Positions 12,001 through 17,816 of a stretch of 64,000 nucleotides of DNA are shown here, in pieces. Positions within the stretch are counted from its first letter, which is position 1. Each line of letters starts with the position of its first letter. Under the pieces are notes generated by a model. That model saw nothing but the letters and a program-made list of their open reading frames with translations, made no database searches and was not told the DNA's origin. The stretch comes from a virus (lineage: Duplodnaviria; Caudoviricetes), in IMG/VR virus record IMGVR_UViG_3300020578_000034, positions 23,842 to 87,841 of that record. One strand, written 5' to 3'. A program made the translations under genes and the position numbers.

Positions 12001-13839
12001 GTCGGGGTCACCGGGGTGATCGAGAGAGTCGCATCGTTCACGGGTCTGCCCGCAGCGCAGGTCCTCGGCTTCGTCGAGAGAGGGCGCGACGTCGCGCTCG
12101 TGCGCCGACTCGCCGCCATGGACCCGGAGTCGAGGATAGAGCATGCGAATGCGATGCGTCGCAGACGCGCTTTCATGAGGTTGACCGAGCAGAAGAGGGG
12201 CGAGCTGGGCGACGACTTCCCGCTCTGGATGGCGGAGGCGTCGATCATGCGAGACAGGGAGGAGAGTCGGTCCGGGGTCTTCGGCAACGATTTCGCCGAG
12301 CTCATGGACGACGAGACGAATAGGTTCTACGGCGAGACGCCAGCCTCGGCGCTCAAGAACATCTCCCGCTTCCTCGGGATGGACAAACCCCCCACGAAGA
12401 TGACGCAGAGCGAACCGCGTCGCGACGGGGAGGCCGGCATGGCTGGCAAGAAACCCTTCATCAGGCAACGCTACGACTTCAAGCCGGTCGACGGCGGCTT
12501 CGTGATCATAGACACCGACAACAGGAACGCTATTTCAAGCAGGGTTTTCAAGGACAGGAGGGAGGCCCTGCGAGGGGCCGAACGCATGGACAGGGGAGAC
12601 AAGACGTTCGACCCGTTCGCCCCCCCGCCGTCGGAGCCCAAGACCGCGGCGGAGGTCGTGGCGGAGGACCCGAGCATGCAGGAGATGTCCGATCCCGGCA
12701 GGCAACCGACGCTGTTCAACGACGACGGCGACGCTAACGCGGGCATGTCGAGCACCGGGTTGCCCAGCACGCTGAGGTTCGTCGCGAGGAACAGCGGGAA
12801 GCAACAGGTCAGCACGGACAACGTCCGCTCGGCCATGTCGGATTACGAATCCGGTCGGGCGTCAATCCCCTTCCCGTCACCCGACGACGCGCCGGTCTCG
12901 AGACTGATCGGCGGGTACGCATCCAGCGACTCCGCCCTGCACACCGTCCTCGGAAGGATAGAACAACTGGCGCCCACCGACGACTCCGCCGCCAAGCAGG
13001 AGGAGATGAGGGGTCTCGTACAGAATCTCTCGAAACTCCAGCGGAGGAGGAACTACTTCTACAACCAGCTGATGGAGAGACTCGACCCGGGTGACCCGGA
13101 TTTCGAGACGCTTGAGTCTTGGCACTCCCAGAGGGCCGGCATCGCCAGGGAGTCCTCGAGCCGGTTCGGCGTCGGGAGCCTGCCCGTCTACATACTCCCG
13201 AGGGGTGCGGAAACGGACGACGCGCAGGCCGGCGCCAACTCGCCGAGCTACATGCGCCCCTCCGGCGACGTCTCCTCGCTGGAGGTCGTCAGCAACGACG
13301 CGGCGGACAGGATCGGATCGTTGATCGGCTCGTCCGACTACTCGGTACGGGAAAGGTACGACGAAGCGATCAGGTCGGTGCAGCGCGACGTCGCGCGAAT
13401 TTCCCGCATGACCGGGCAATCAATGGTCAAGTTCGGACAGAACTCGGTCAGGATAGGGGCGCAACTGCTGGCCATGGCCGACAGGACGGACGGGAGCGAC
13501 CGAGAACTGCTCAGGAGGGAGCTGATATCCGCGGGTCTGTCGCGGATGCTCTCCGAAGGCGGCGCGAGACTCGGACTGGCCTACCTCGTCAACGCCGTGG
13601 ACGTGGGCCTGCTGACGCACTCGCAGGCGAAGGAGATGCTGAGGAGGGAGAGGCGGAAGGCGAACAAGCCGAGGATGGAAATGACCAAACCCGATGGGCT
13701 GATGGCGCGCGGCCAGATGTCTCGCCTCGTCTCCGAGCTGATGGGAGACGGCCTGTCGTCGAAGTCGGCCGAGACCGCGACGAGGGGCAAGCGCCTGTCA
13801 ATGATTACGGAAACGGTGGGGTCGGTCCTTGCCGAATAG
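1..13839 (+). CDS. Giant polyvalent protein / putative polyprotein 1 (5'-truncated, >4612 aa)
   Basis: Frame 1 is open from base 1 (EGEAAGDTPEEILERIRDAHDAARGDISDIDGPEAGM), so the ATG at 109 is an internal EAGM Met rather than the start. It contains 10 strict EA[GA]M motifs, sigma-70 r4-like HTHs, a DEDDh exonuclease and possible WYL-like and ART-like modules. Confidence 0.9.
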   Translation, partial: EGEAAGDTPEEILERIRDAHDAARGDISDIDGPEAGMSDPDSRRFVGRTDVESREREFYELMLDERRADEALTTGDTSVLRPRILDDILEYLGDENEDDPDYVPSADEIASLAQELAEEAVEKFINEDNYVGGSSRNPVYRGRNNRDLWPRRDEIFRKFSGGDGEAGMSRGGGGPDELADRFRKAREEREQPGSRGLDDDTSAMFRQAEDSLRGSFRPKTNEVDRYEYSDRDNINAMRSQAEIMRTDYNDEEAAQLFEQAADILEDRLAMPKDDDIVDAEIVRTYGQLDELIESPWRPAENITLHLDPVDGSIREADAYEAVYLANSEEAELDMFNIDDYDSVGYDEAGNLVSRAPDGDEIIFTAEQLDSAGHRRKYGRRTYGELGELVESTFRPSENERIYRDPTNGRLYLADSGDRDTGDDAPLPDFNIDDYDYVGYDGEGNLVVRGPDGDDIIFTAEQLGATGMTRAEIEMLEAERIGLANLSARREKMRDAGMSPDYSVRSPSWRGQGEFWLDTSTGRIFYRDSTDFEDGDGFDGEFVDIAGVQSEDADWIRESLLANWDSIGFNTRGDFVYRGVDFGQAMDINDPAPPLDNRGQLIPNQEEVIFSAEQIASRPRMRDDDIVDGEIVDDDGEAGMAGPNRNRRRGRAVVIDSGEKLEELFRRRRSGEDISDMMEDIDLPNPGERAITDPPPGAEAGMAGRARTRAENADLGRKIWLARTHDKLSLDEAGRRFRTSRQRARQLELLHHKYLRDLGQQHANRLARAMVDDPMTGLTDSEADLLRRRFDGELLEEAAERLRTDRFAIRRMEQLALAKLRNRMIDDGPSGAMALGRGGRAVDAARPKAPGAERPGSRRRRNAVDPSFIEILNSLKELGEDGLSNAQRVRLAALMRFRRVISNKIDQLMVGGSRRRRLSAVAPEVDQLNKSMRGPFSSLAEAAKITTGSPRDFVSSAIKIANDEQDPLDIDGPINVQVFEALRSTNDDFAAVARTLGMDEEIVRLRAAAHTLRLLASARPARMKVFRRLQSSGDTLTSIERFIVGKWLNGASDLDIAERMGDGYDAARVAATKVAALAKLQVDVNSPEMRSRVVDGRIFYDEFGLFVELTDDAGATTYNRIGDGPMSMGLPGDFSDASGGMSPPNRRVVFADFGDGGREYVVTRTVRRDRANPSMESVMMMPVRGDDQATVSTLIGRQLLGDDRGANLEFPAILLKSDGRITGVADLSGKAVRFYGSRVINESAPSVAERVGAIRANDSAARTKMDQDVEGAERRLSGLMRALDHLISTGDWIGGDANVTGRVPEYATMMRYGLDSDDDGTPITPRNRTKEQFELDEAEFFLSRYPDAPADMVEQHVQKATSDRLAQVRRKVDIAKKELDRLKHVRDSKEVRRSQNVVDLETLDDETARMLADETGFLASMSGQDYDAAGVSRGADGFAYVVHKGPDRLSGGVLDPRMSAGVEGRAGSVAGQGDTRGANRIYVARFLQSAEAKSDMVRHSSDLAARIARGETVVTAHPSIRKALRAQSQLLSMAFGEGGLLNMENFDEARVAAIVADVNRFVDAQKRDLQRYQKIRDSLTKFGGRDMDQMLSAESDATRAVGSLDFYGRYADFDLPRDVVSFSPGFTDGLTRRWTPVDETMLDRWELTGSLRGGAFLAAGRLDAEIVRGGLLGPSGESQIIAPLKPLIGISTPVRITNDVAPSDPKFLVQSLGPALMARAIKMHKRDGFVDIETVLTDPDLAPQGYVARTGDAEAGMAALEPRRPILDERGRLDPILTRDQAYLDDREERDLPDGPMQRLLVPQTPSTFIEAPPGDLTPETRRAPWAIGYTGSAADIAIGLDEDYPERLVHVVAPSALPPDNAKFPVNESGPHLMLDREPLDFLVHVLNDINRLTVEEREASERSLSDRGYEVERSEFDPPDDFTPRERHPTYLVVDVRNEPQLLGPPGSGITRIIRIREILRFRLSNEADESQPGGGPFWRRIDPEAVARGEPGRTTTDGLGYMDFVIDVDPTYDGDLIDDTREVRIKPESIVGRIVSAEELSVTSQVTRQLYEGDGVRRMGYPRPYGRSGGDAEAGMALAPRTADLVARTEKYFPSDDRNDWLIPESVMPDREQAELLGLLRDALGGKAMTLGGEQRWRMLLLKAESLRRLRSLRGELPHERDEIGVSMYDTFAADTDRGYGQLIPFVEPGTTTHIRYDRSGNPVEYVPVRIGRSIADASTFEYHPASQVKYALILSGRQLRTWNHPEGTAPGVSQRVASWEDEGVELDVLSEEIRFQASRTRQMDELLGFTGDSPQKIILALRRAASDKSPRLRDRFVYDPYGYVVLSDAPRRQEDSVVALRRSENFADLQRLIAGIKKDEKSVKVTQVVGYKPGSKTRPSLVDRVIRSPRVVSGVMDEITGEFVLDGNGTPHIVGYLPDGSPIAVEISDLVYDRVSPRRADDEFSPSRNRAPGGDAEAGMSSPTRSNLYNYIKMRLRGEGGDRDSDYIEISKLPGTARARDGGAFDTSPAGIIRRIVAAVRKRDRDAGGKVGLVFSYPSSVKDKPGVKEDRNRTIFNPLVVYGEYDKTIGETRILVTDDRGITRLVPMSQVDLSKLATDEERLGDHSSNNDVQVGDLNAYVVGDEYVDGKKQRRVFSTDRMRPVIRDDDESTKPRPATSRPTADTTSEATDSPDTREIPIVASDSDDQNLVGQIETRPGEFDAVTLDPRPEYVAPGAGIDGAKPTAREVARGLARNDPKAIEAGRADEKRLWERIRLGTEKWIETWKKRAVIDEETGEEVIDPKTGKTALRTPFRKAWRPWGNPIGPDGRELPTGIKAEMDRIRSWPEFMNFIRRKKLVFVDWETTGIPIGEIDTGRPLQVGIIVVENGDFANPKRLEVWIDPAGTPLSDWTKKNVKKNGIPVGQALATSPGEFVPVDEARRLIAEVVGADGIIISHNMRNFDMSLWKEVMGEYPTAGWMDTLAIANWVFHIDSYRFKQIQAHLNGSPSAKSGKKNYDRDMNPFVNWISKVITIRGKHPEYPHARSWGGRGGKPDALDRIGRRATGPLKYIPMLKKEGLGQWYPKFVSSNALEALARYFDVPVLAAHDAVADINVTAKVFLEMVALAERWGRADQMFDPNLVQWAQDQVDNQYTADLGAWRNQSGITERPRERLFDPETPTQPSGGDAPREPRPGGGGGGASTPPGGGDTRPPGGGGTPPRDDGDPNRRLLYQTVSGVRVYETPTGIHYEFKSVSPKDGPGPATAALATFNEARDAGFAIEFNYGRNPDGSTAAYRIISIELTTKSGVRQSEALGPNDLVVHGIDLADGKLKKFDFAQINAGGNTPPRPSELTELPANIYGVRTSAGPGGKPTTPAQYADHMRRRNFGRRRSPDGPFAGMAGLTNRDGATDSSSYWVATSDDVAMADMSDVELSEQLAAHRLRFENAFHSGPSSNAAMSRALDSVAAANRVMRIRSNDSTDQNGFSVSMGRMGYKLTGEFRAPPGIMDGSYELPGEFVADRAELARNANLSLMLDYSVANGEIAEALERVSRLSRVPRSELLGRLSTHDYSTYSDAITSRAFRNTSEMVSDGVATPSSLGMIIDPASDPASAARAVESALRRLGINTLDIGNGLRRGGRNYAQSEADDLINQFNESVSDLFSFDHDGRRSDPEFRVKSDAIKDKIRDLSDEIRRRHLSSPQADAEAGMGTPDPDLRRVMSDFVRIAPSMDFEVARDAGFDEDWKRLSDQIIDDFARRPDVQTEAIKFAAFGDALKGRASVVGLAIDRVFDPSKARVSANSPLGRDLIKSAAKILALIYDVKLGSTDMLGLLGSAPGAGPGSGVSGLDVTYKMIDSGAAALFARGGRRALVAYLAEAVSLGLVPAYRAMGILDRLSPSPRTAATSSDAEAAMGRSVGSSPFGDADGIPILSGSKWFDARLHAMFGTNYEKIATGFGNRFRTLPDRIWNSPTDDDLVDIYHYATMLNHDSMIEDLVIRGDRVDAVDFSQFDVADAGQAPVGVTGVIERVASFTGLPAAQVLGFVERGRDVALVRRLAAMDPESRIEHANAMRRRRAFMRLTEQKRGELGDDFPLWMAEASIMRDREESRSGVFGNDFAELMDDETNRFYGETPASALKNISRFLGMDKPPTKMTQSEPRRDGEAGMAGKKPFIRQRYDFKPVDGGFVIIDTDNRNAISSRVFKDRREALRGAERMDRGDKTFDPFAPPPSEPKTAAEVVAEDPSMQEMSDPGRQPTLFNDDGDANAGMSSTGLPSTLRFVARNSGKQQVSTDNVRSAMSDYESGRASIPFPSPDDAPVSRLIGGYASSDSALHTVLGRIEQLAPTDDSAAKQEEMRGLVQNLSKLQRRRNYFYNQLMERLDPGDPDFETLESWHSQRAGIARESSSRFGVGSLPVYILPRGAETDDAQAGANSPSYMRPSGDVSSLEVVSNDAADRIGSLIGSSDYSVRERYDEAIRSVQRDVARISRMTGQSMVKFGQNSVRIGAQLLAMADRTDGSDRELLRRELISAGLSRMLSEGGARLGLAYLVNAVDVGLLTHSQAKEMLRRERRKANKPRMEMTKPDGLMARGQMSRLVSELMGDGLSSKSAETATRGKRLSMITETVGSVLAE
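847..1845 (+). repeat. Internal protein-level repeat, 2 clear copies plus 1 degenerate copy
   Basis: RTYG.L.EL.ES..RP.EN...FNIDDYD.VGYD..GNLV.R.PDGD.IIFTAEQL occurs at ~847-1107 and ~1138-1386. A weaker WDSIGFN..GDFVYRG...VIFSAEQI copy ends near 1845. Confidence 0.8.
2101..3240 (+). other. Sigma-70 region-4-like HTH modules within polyprotein 1
   Basis: LSLDEAGRRFRTSRQRARQLE, LTDSEADLLRRRFDGELLEEAAERLRTDRFAIRRMEQLALAKLR and LTSIERFIVGKWLNGASDLDIAERMG...ALAKL match the r4 pattern. Confidence 0.65.
8515..9330 (+). other. DEDDh (DnaQ-like) 3'-5' exonuclease domain within polyprotein 1
   Basis: ExoI LVFVDWETTG (D at 8533), ExoII SHNMRNFD (~8815-8838), WMDTL, and ExoIII AHDAVAD (H at 9268). There is a ~100-aa insertion before ExoIII. 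Confidence 0.85.
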
Positions 13840-13887
13840 CTACTCATGCAGTCATCAAACAAACAGTCTTCTACAATTGGAGGGATC

Positions 13888-15624
13888 ATGAAATACGCCG
13901 GAACATACAACATAAAGTCGATGACGTCCGCCTACCACCACGCCCTTGGCGAACTGGCGATGATGGAGGAGGACGAGCCCGAGGACGAGGTGCTTCTGCC
14001 GATACCGCAATCGGAACTGTTCTACGCAAAATCGGCCATAGACGCGGTCCTCTCCGACTACGACATGATGTCAAGCGCGGTGCCCGACGGGATCATCCTT
14101 CACGACGCGAAGAGTATCGGTCCGAGTCTCGTCAATGAGCTGAAGGACGCACTGAACGAAATCCAGATCAAGGCCCTCGGGGCGACGATCGGCGGAGCCA
14201 GGCCGGCGGCCGGTGGCGGCGCCGCCGGGGACATGATCGACAGGGACGGAGATGGATACATCTACGACGGAACTCCGCAGGAGCAGAGGGTTCCGTACAA
14301 GCGCCGCGACGGCAAGCCGGTCGGCGGTGGCGCGCCCGAGGGAATGGAGGCGCGACGCAGGCAGTTCGTGCGTTCTGAAGCCGCCAGGCAGGGCGTGCAA
14401 CTCAACCGTGGCCCGAAACGATCGGAGCAGGAGAGAAGGTTCAGGACCGAGGCGAGAGCGCGATTCGACAGGATAGCGCTCGAGGGTGAGGGATTCATTC
14501 CCGCCGACAGAATAGAGGCTTCAGATAAGCGCAATTTCGAGAACCGCATGGGTGACGTCAACGCGGGAAGAGTTGACGATCAGGGCAGGAGCGGTTTCGG
14601 TTACGGTGGAGAGCCACCTCAGCTCAATCCGGGACAGCGAGGCAAAAGACCCGACACCTCCTTCGAGGACGCCGAGTATCGCAGACAGCAGGGAATGCGC
14701 CCCGCAGGAAGGCCCGTGGACAGGTTGCCAGGGGCTGGCGGACCAAGCGGGAGTCTCAACCCAGGACAACGAGGGGCCAGACCCGACACGTCAAATCAAC
14801 GCGCCGAGGACGCCCGCAATCAAGGCAAGCGCCCAGCAGGTAGACCCGTGGACAGGTTGCCAGGAGCAGGCGGACCAAGCGGGAGTCTCAACCCCGGACA
14901 ACGAGGGGCCAGACCCGACACGTCAAATCAACGCGCCGAGGACGCTCGCAATCAAGGCAAGCGCCCCGCAGGAAGGCCCGTGGACAGGTTGCCGGGAGCA
15001 GGCGGTCCCGGCTACGACGACTCGTTCAGGGACAACGAAAACCGCCGTCTGGAAGGCAAGCGCCCACCCGACACGTCCAACCAGCGAGCCGAAGACGCGC
15101 GCAATCAGGGCAAGCGGCCCGCCGGGAGACCAGTTGACAGGTTGCCAGGAGCAGGCGGACCAAGCGGGAGTCTCAACCCCGGACAACGAGGGGCCAGACC
15201 CGACACGTCGAACCAGCGAGCGGAGGACGCCCGCAACCAAGGCAGGCGCCCAGCCGGTAGGCCCGTGGACAGGTTGCCCGGGGCTGGCGGACCTGGTTAC
15301 GACGACTCGTTCAGGGACAACGAAAACCGCCGCCTGCAAGGCAAGCGCCCCGCCGACACTTCAAACCAGAGGGCCGAGAGCGCGCGTCAAGCCGGCGCTC
15401 GTCCACAAAGACCAGTGGACAGACTGCAAGAACCGGGTGGACCAAGCAGAAATCTCAACCCAGGACGACGAGGAGCCAGACCCGACACGTCGAACCAGAG
15501 GGCCGAGAGCGCGCGTCAGAATCGCGCGCGCCCGAATCGCCCGGCTGACAGATTGTCGGGGGCCAACAGAGCGCGCAGGTTCCCGAGGGGGCGAAGCGAC
15601 TACTACTACGGTGGCGAAGCGTAA
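13888..15624 (+). CDS. Leader-bearing protein with long Arg/Gly/Pro-rich tandem repeats (~578 aa)
   Basis: GGAGGG at 13879-13884 precedes the ATG at 13888 (the track start at 13846 is in frame). It carries IK-ALGATIGG and DRDGDGYIYDGTP leader motifs. The C-terminal half is repetitive. Confidence 0.8.
   Translation: MKYAGTYNIKSMTSAYHHALGELAMMEEDEPEDEVLLPIPQSELFYAKSAIDAVLSDYDMMSSAVPDGIILHDAKSIGPSLVNELKDALNEIQIKALGATIGGARPAAGGGAAGDMIDRDGDGYIYDGTPQEQRVPYKRRDGKPVGGGAPEGMEARRRQFVRSEAARQGVQLNRGPKRSEQERRFRTEARARFDRIALEGEGFIPADRIEASDKRNFENRMGDVNAGRVDDQGRSGFGYGGEPPQLNPGQRGKRPDTSFEDAEYRRQQGMRPAGRPVDRLPGAGGPSGSLNPGQRGARPDTSNQRAEDARNQGKRPAGRPVDRLPGAGGPSGSLNPGQRGARPDTSNQRAEDARNQGKRPAGRPVDRLPGAGGPGYDDSFRDNENRRLEGKRPPDTSNQRAEDARNQGKRPAGRPVDRLPGAGGPSGSLNPGQRGARPDTSNQRAEDARNQGRRPAGRPVDRLPGAGGPGYDDSFRDNENRRLQGKRPADTSNQRAESARQAGARPQRPVDRLQEPGGPSRNLNPGRRGARPDTSNQRAESARQNRARPNRPADRLSGANRARRFPRGRSDYYYGGEA
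14620..15560 (+). repeat. Coding tandem repeat, ~7 units of a 132-nt core interspersed with a longer variant unit
   Basis: The unit LNPGQRGARPDTSNQRAEDARNQGKRPAGRPVDRLPGAGGPSGS (44 aa; gagtctcaac at 14751 and 14883) is interspersed with a GPGYDDSFRDNENRRL variant at ~15004 and ~15289. Confidence 0.95.
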
Positions 15625-15636
15625 ACGAGCGAGTCA

Positions 15637-15840
15637 ATGAACGGCAGACCAAGCGGCGGGTACACCCGCGGGAACCGTGTTATGGGTTATGATAAACCTA
15701 CACAAAATAACGCAGTCAAATTGAAATATCACTGCATTGCGACGGGCGAGAAACGCCAGTTTCCATGCGGCAGTTGCGTCAACCACAAGGGTTGCCTAGC
15801 GACGACGATGCAATACAAGGAGCGAAAACATGGAACCTGA
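15637..15840 (+). CDS. Small Cys4 (putative Zn-binding) protein; may start at ATG 15682
   Basis: HCIATGEKRQFPCGSCVNHKGC resembles the C-x2-[TS]G-x6-C-x2-C-x3-C repeats of the next gene, and the ORF overlaps that gene's start. Confidence 0.5.
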   Translation: MNGRPSGGYTRGNRVMGYDKPTQNNAVKLKYHCIATGEKRQFPCGSCVNHKGCLATTMQYKERKHGT

Positions 15841-17806
15841 GACCGGAGCACCAACCGTAAAGATCGGCGACGACGGTCAGGTTCTGCAGTGTGCCAAGGG
15901 TGCCGAGACGGCTGCCTGCGGCTACAAGGCCGGGGACTCCGTTTGCGCGGCATGCGGTGCCACGGCGATCGAGGTCAAGATGTACGGTGACGACGGGGCC
16001 GACGGAATGATGTGCAAGGCGACCGGCGAGACGGTGATGGAGCCCTGCGCCGAGTGCAAGGGCGACTGCTCCATGATGGCCTTCAAGGGCGAAATGCCGG
16101 CAGAGCTGCTTGCGAGTTTCAAGAAGAAGAAAAAGAAGAAGAAGGGTGGCAAGAACCCGTTCGCCGAGGCAGACGAGGCAGACGAGGCAGACGAGGAAGA
16201 CGAGGAGATGTCGGAGAAGGCGGCTAAGTACGCCAACCCACCGGCGAGGGCCTACGGCGACTTCGTGGACGACGAGGAGCTCGGCATCATGCAAGAGGAC
16301 GACATGGAGGACGGCGAGGAGCTCGACATCGAGGAGCCGGAAATGGATGACCCGGACGAGGAAATTTCGGAGTCCATCGCCATGGGCATGCCCCCGCGAA
16401 GGAAGAGGAAGAGTGCCTACGTGGACGAACCTCTCCGCAGAAGCGAGTACGAAGAAGAGGACGAGCTCGAGGAAATGATGGACGATCCGAACGAGGAGGA
16501 GATGGAGGAGGACGCCGAGACAATGGGCTACGGCATGTACAGGAAGTCCGACTACGCGGACGCCCGGCTCGCATCCATGGGTTTCAAGCAGGGAGAGATG
16601 GGCGAGAGCCCGTTCATTTGCGCGATAGAGAGGAAGCTGTACCCAGCGAACTCCCCGGTTTGCGAGAACTGCCCGGGTGGTTGCGTGAAGGAGGGCGACA
16701 TGCCCGCGCTCCTGGAGATGGAGGGCGTCGCCGAGGACATGTTCAGGGGCAAGGTCCTTGACTCCGGCTACTCCGACAAGGCCGACATCTTCGTGATCGA
16801 CGTGGAGCGCAAGGACGGAAAGCCGGTCGAGGCGTTCTTCGACGGAACGACGGGAGAGTGCATGGGTTGGCACCTGCTGAACGACGAGGTGCTCAACGTG
16901 AAGTCGGGATTCCAGCCGACGCAAATGATCGGATTCTCGGAGGCGGCGCAGATCGCGACGAAGAGCATCAACGGCGACGTGGTGTCCGTCGAGGCAGACG
17001 TGTTCGAGGGGTTCGACAGTTACGCGGTGGAGGTGGAGGGAGTGGACGGCAAGTCCTACGACGTGTTCGTGTCGCTTGACGGCGAGGTGCTCGGCTACGA
17101 CACCTACACGCAACAGGAGGCCTTCGCCATCGAGTCCGAGGCGGCGGAAATAGCACTCAAGCGCGCCTACGGCGACGACGTCAGGAAGCAGATGGCCGAG
17201 CGCGGCGACGCCATGGAGGACGGGGAGATGCCCATCGCAAACGACTCGGACCTGAGGAACGCCGTGATGTCGTGGCCCAGATCCAAGAAGCGCACCGAGG
17301 CGAAGGAGCACATCATGGCGAGGGCCAGGGTCCTCGGTCTCGAGAAGTCGCTCCCCGACGAGTGGTTGCAGGAGAAGAAGCAGAACGAGGAGGCGAAGGG
17401 GGACGCCAACTTCCTCTCGAGTCTCGCCGAGTTTGAGCTCATCTCAGAGGAGATCAAGTCGTCGAACACCGACGAAAAAGGCGCTGGTTTCATGTGCAAG
17501 GCGAGCGGCCAGATGGTCGCCGAAGCGTGCCCGGAGTGCAAGTCGAATTGCAGCATGATGCACAAGCAGGAGGAGGAGGCCGAGCTCTACTTCAAGCGGA
17601 TGTTCAGCGACGAACAGAGGCAGGAGCAGGCGAAGAAGGGCAACGCCCTGCCAGACGGCTCGTACCCGATAGTCAACGAAACAGACCTCAAGAACGCGAT
17701 CCAGGCGTACGGCAGGGCCAAGGACAAGGACAAGGCCAAGGCCCACATCGTCAAGCGCGCCAAGTCCCTCGGCAAAGAGGATTTGATTCCGGAAAACTGG
17801 AACTAA
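15830..17806 (+). CDS. Head-associated multi-module protein (Cys4 repeats, acidic tract, PepSY-like repeats, two DG[SE].PI modules), 658 aa
   Basis: AAGGAG RBS at 15817. Cys motifs MCKATGETVMEPCAECKGDC and MCKASGQMVAEACPECKSNC. PepSY-like SEAAQIATKSINGDVVSVE...YAVEVEGVDGKSYDVFVSLDGEVL. Duplicated A[ML].DG..PI.N..DL.NA......K...AK.HI..RA..LG.E...P..W module. Confidence 0.8.
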   Translation: MEPETGAPTVKIGDDGQVLQCAKGAETAACGYKAGDSVCAACGATAIEVKMYGDDGADGMMCKATGETVMEPCAECKGDCSMMAFKGEMPAELLASFKKKKKKKKGGKNPFAEADEADEADEEDEEMSEKAAKYANPPARAYGDFVDDEELGIMQEDDMEDGEELDIEEPEMDDPDEEISESIAMGMPPRRKRKSAYVDEPLRRSEYEEEDELEEMMDDPNEEEMEEDAETMGYGMYRKSDYADARLASMGFKQGEMGESPFICAIERKLYPANSPVCENCPGGCVKEGDMPALLEMEGVAEDMFRGKVLDSGYSDKADIFVIDVERKDGKPVEAFFDGTTGECMGWHLLNDEVLNVKSGFQPTQMIGFSEAAQIATKSINGDVVSVEADVFEGFDSYAVEVEGVDGKSYDVFVSLDGEVLGYDTYTQQEAFAIESEAAEIALKRAYGDDVRKQMAERGDAMEDGEMPIANDSDLRNAVMSWPRSKKRTEAKEHIMARARVLGLEKSLPDEWLQEKKQNEEAKGDANFLSSLAEFELISEEIKSSNTDEKGAGFMCKASGQMVAEACPECKSNCSMMHKQEEEAELYFKRMFSDEQRQEQAKKGNALPDGSYPIVNETDLKNAIQAYGRAKDKDKAKAHIVKRAKSLGKEDLIPENWN

Positions 17807-17816
17807 GGGGGTCGAG

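Noticed and set aside
14620-15560. Tandem repeats as a CRISPR array
   Set aside because: There are no unique spacers, unit lengths are multiples of 3 within an ORF, and no cas genes are present.
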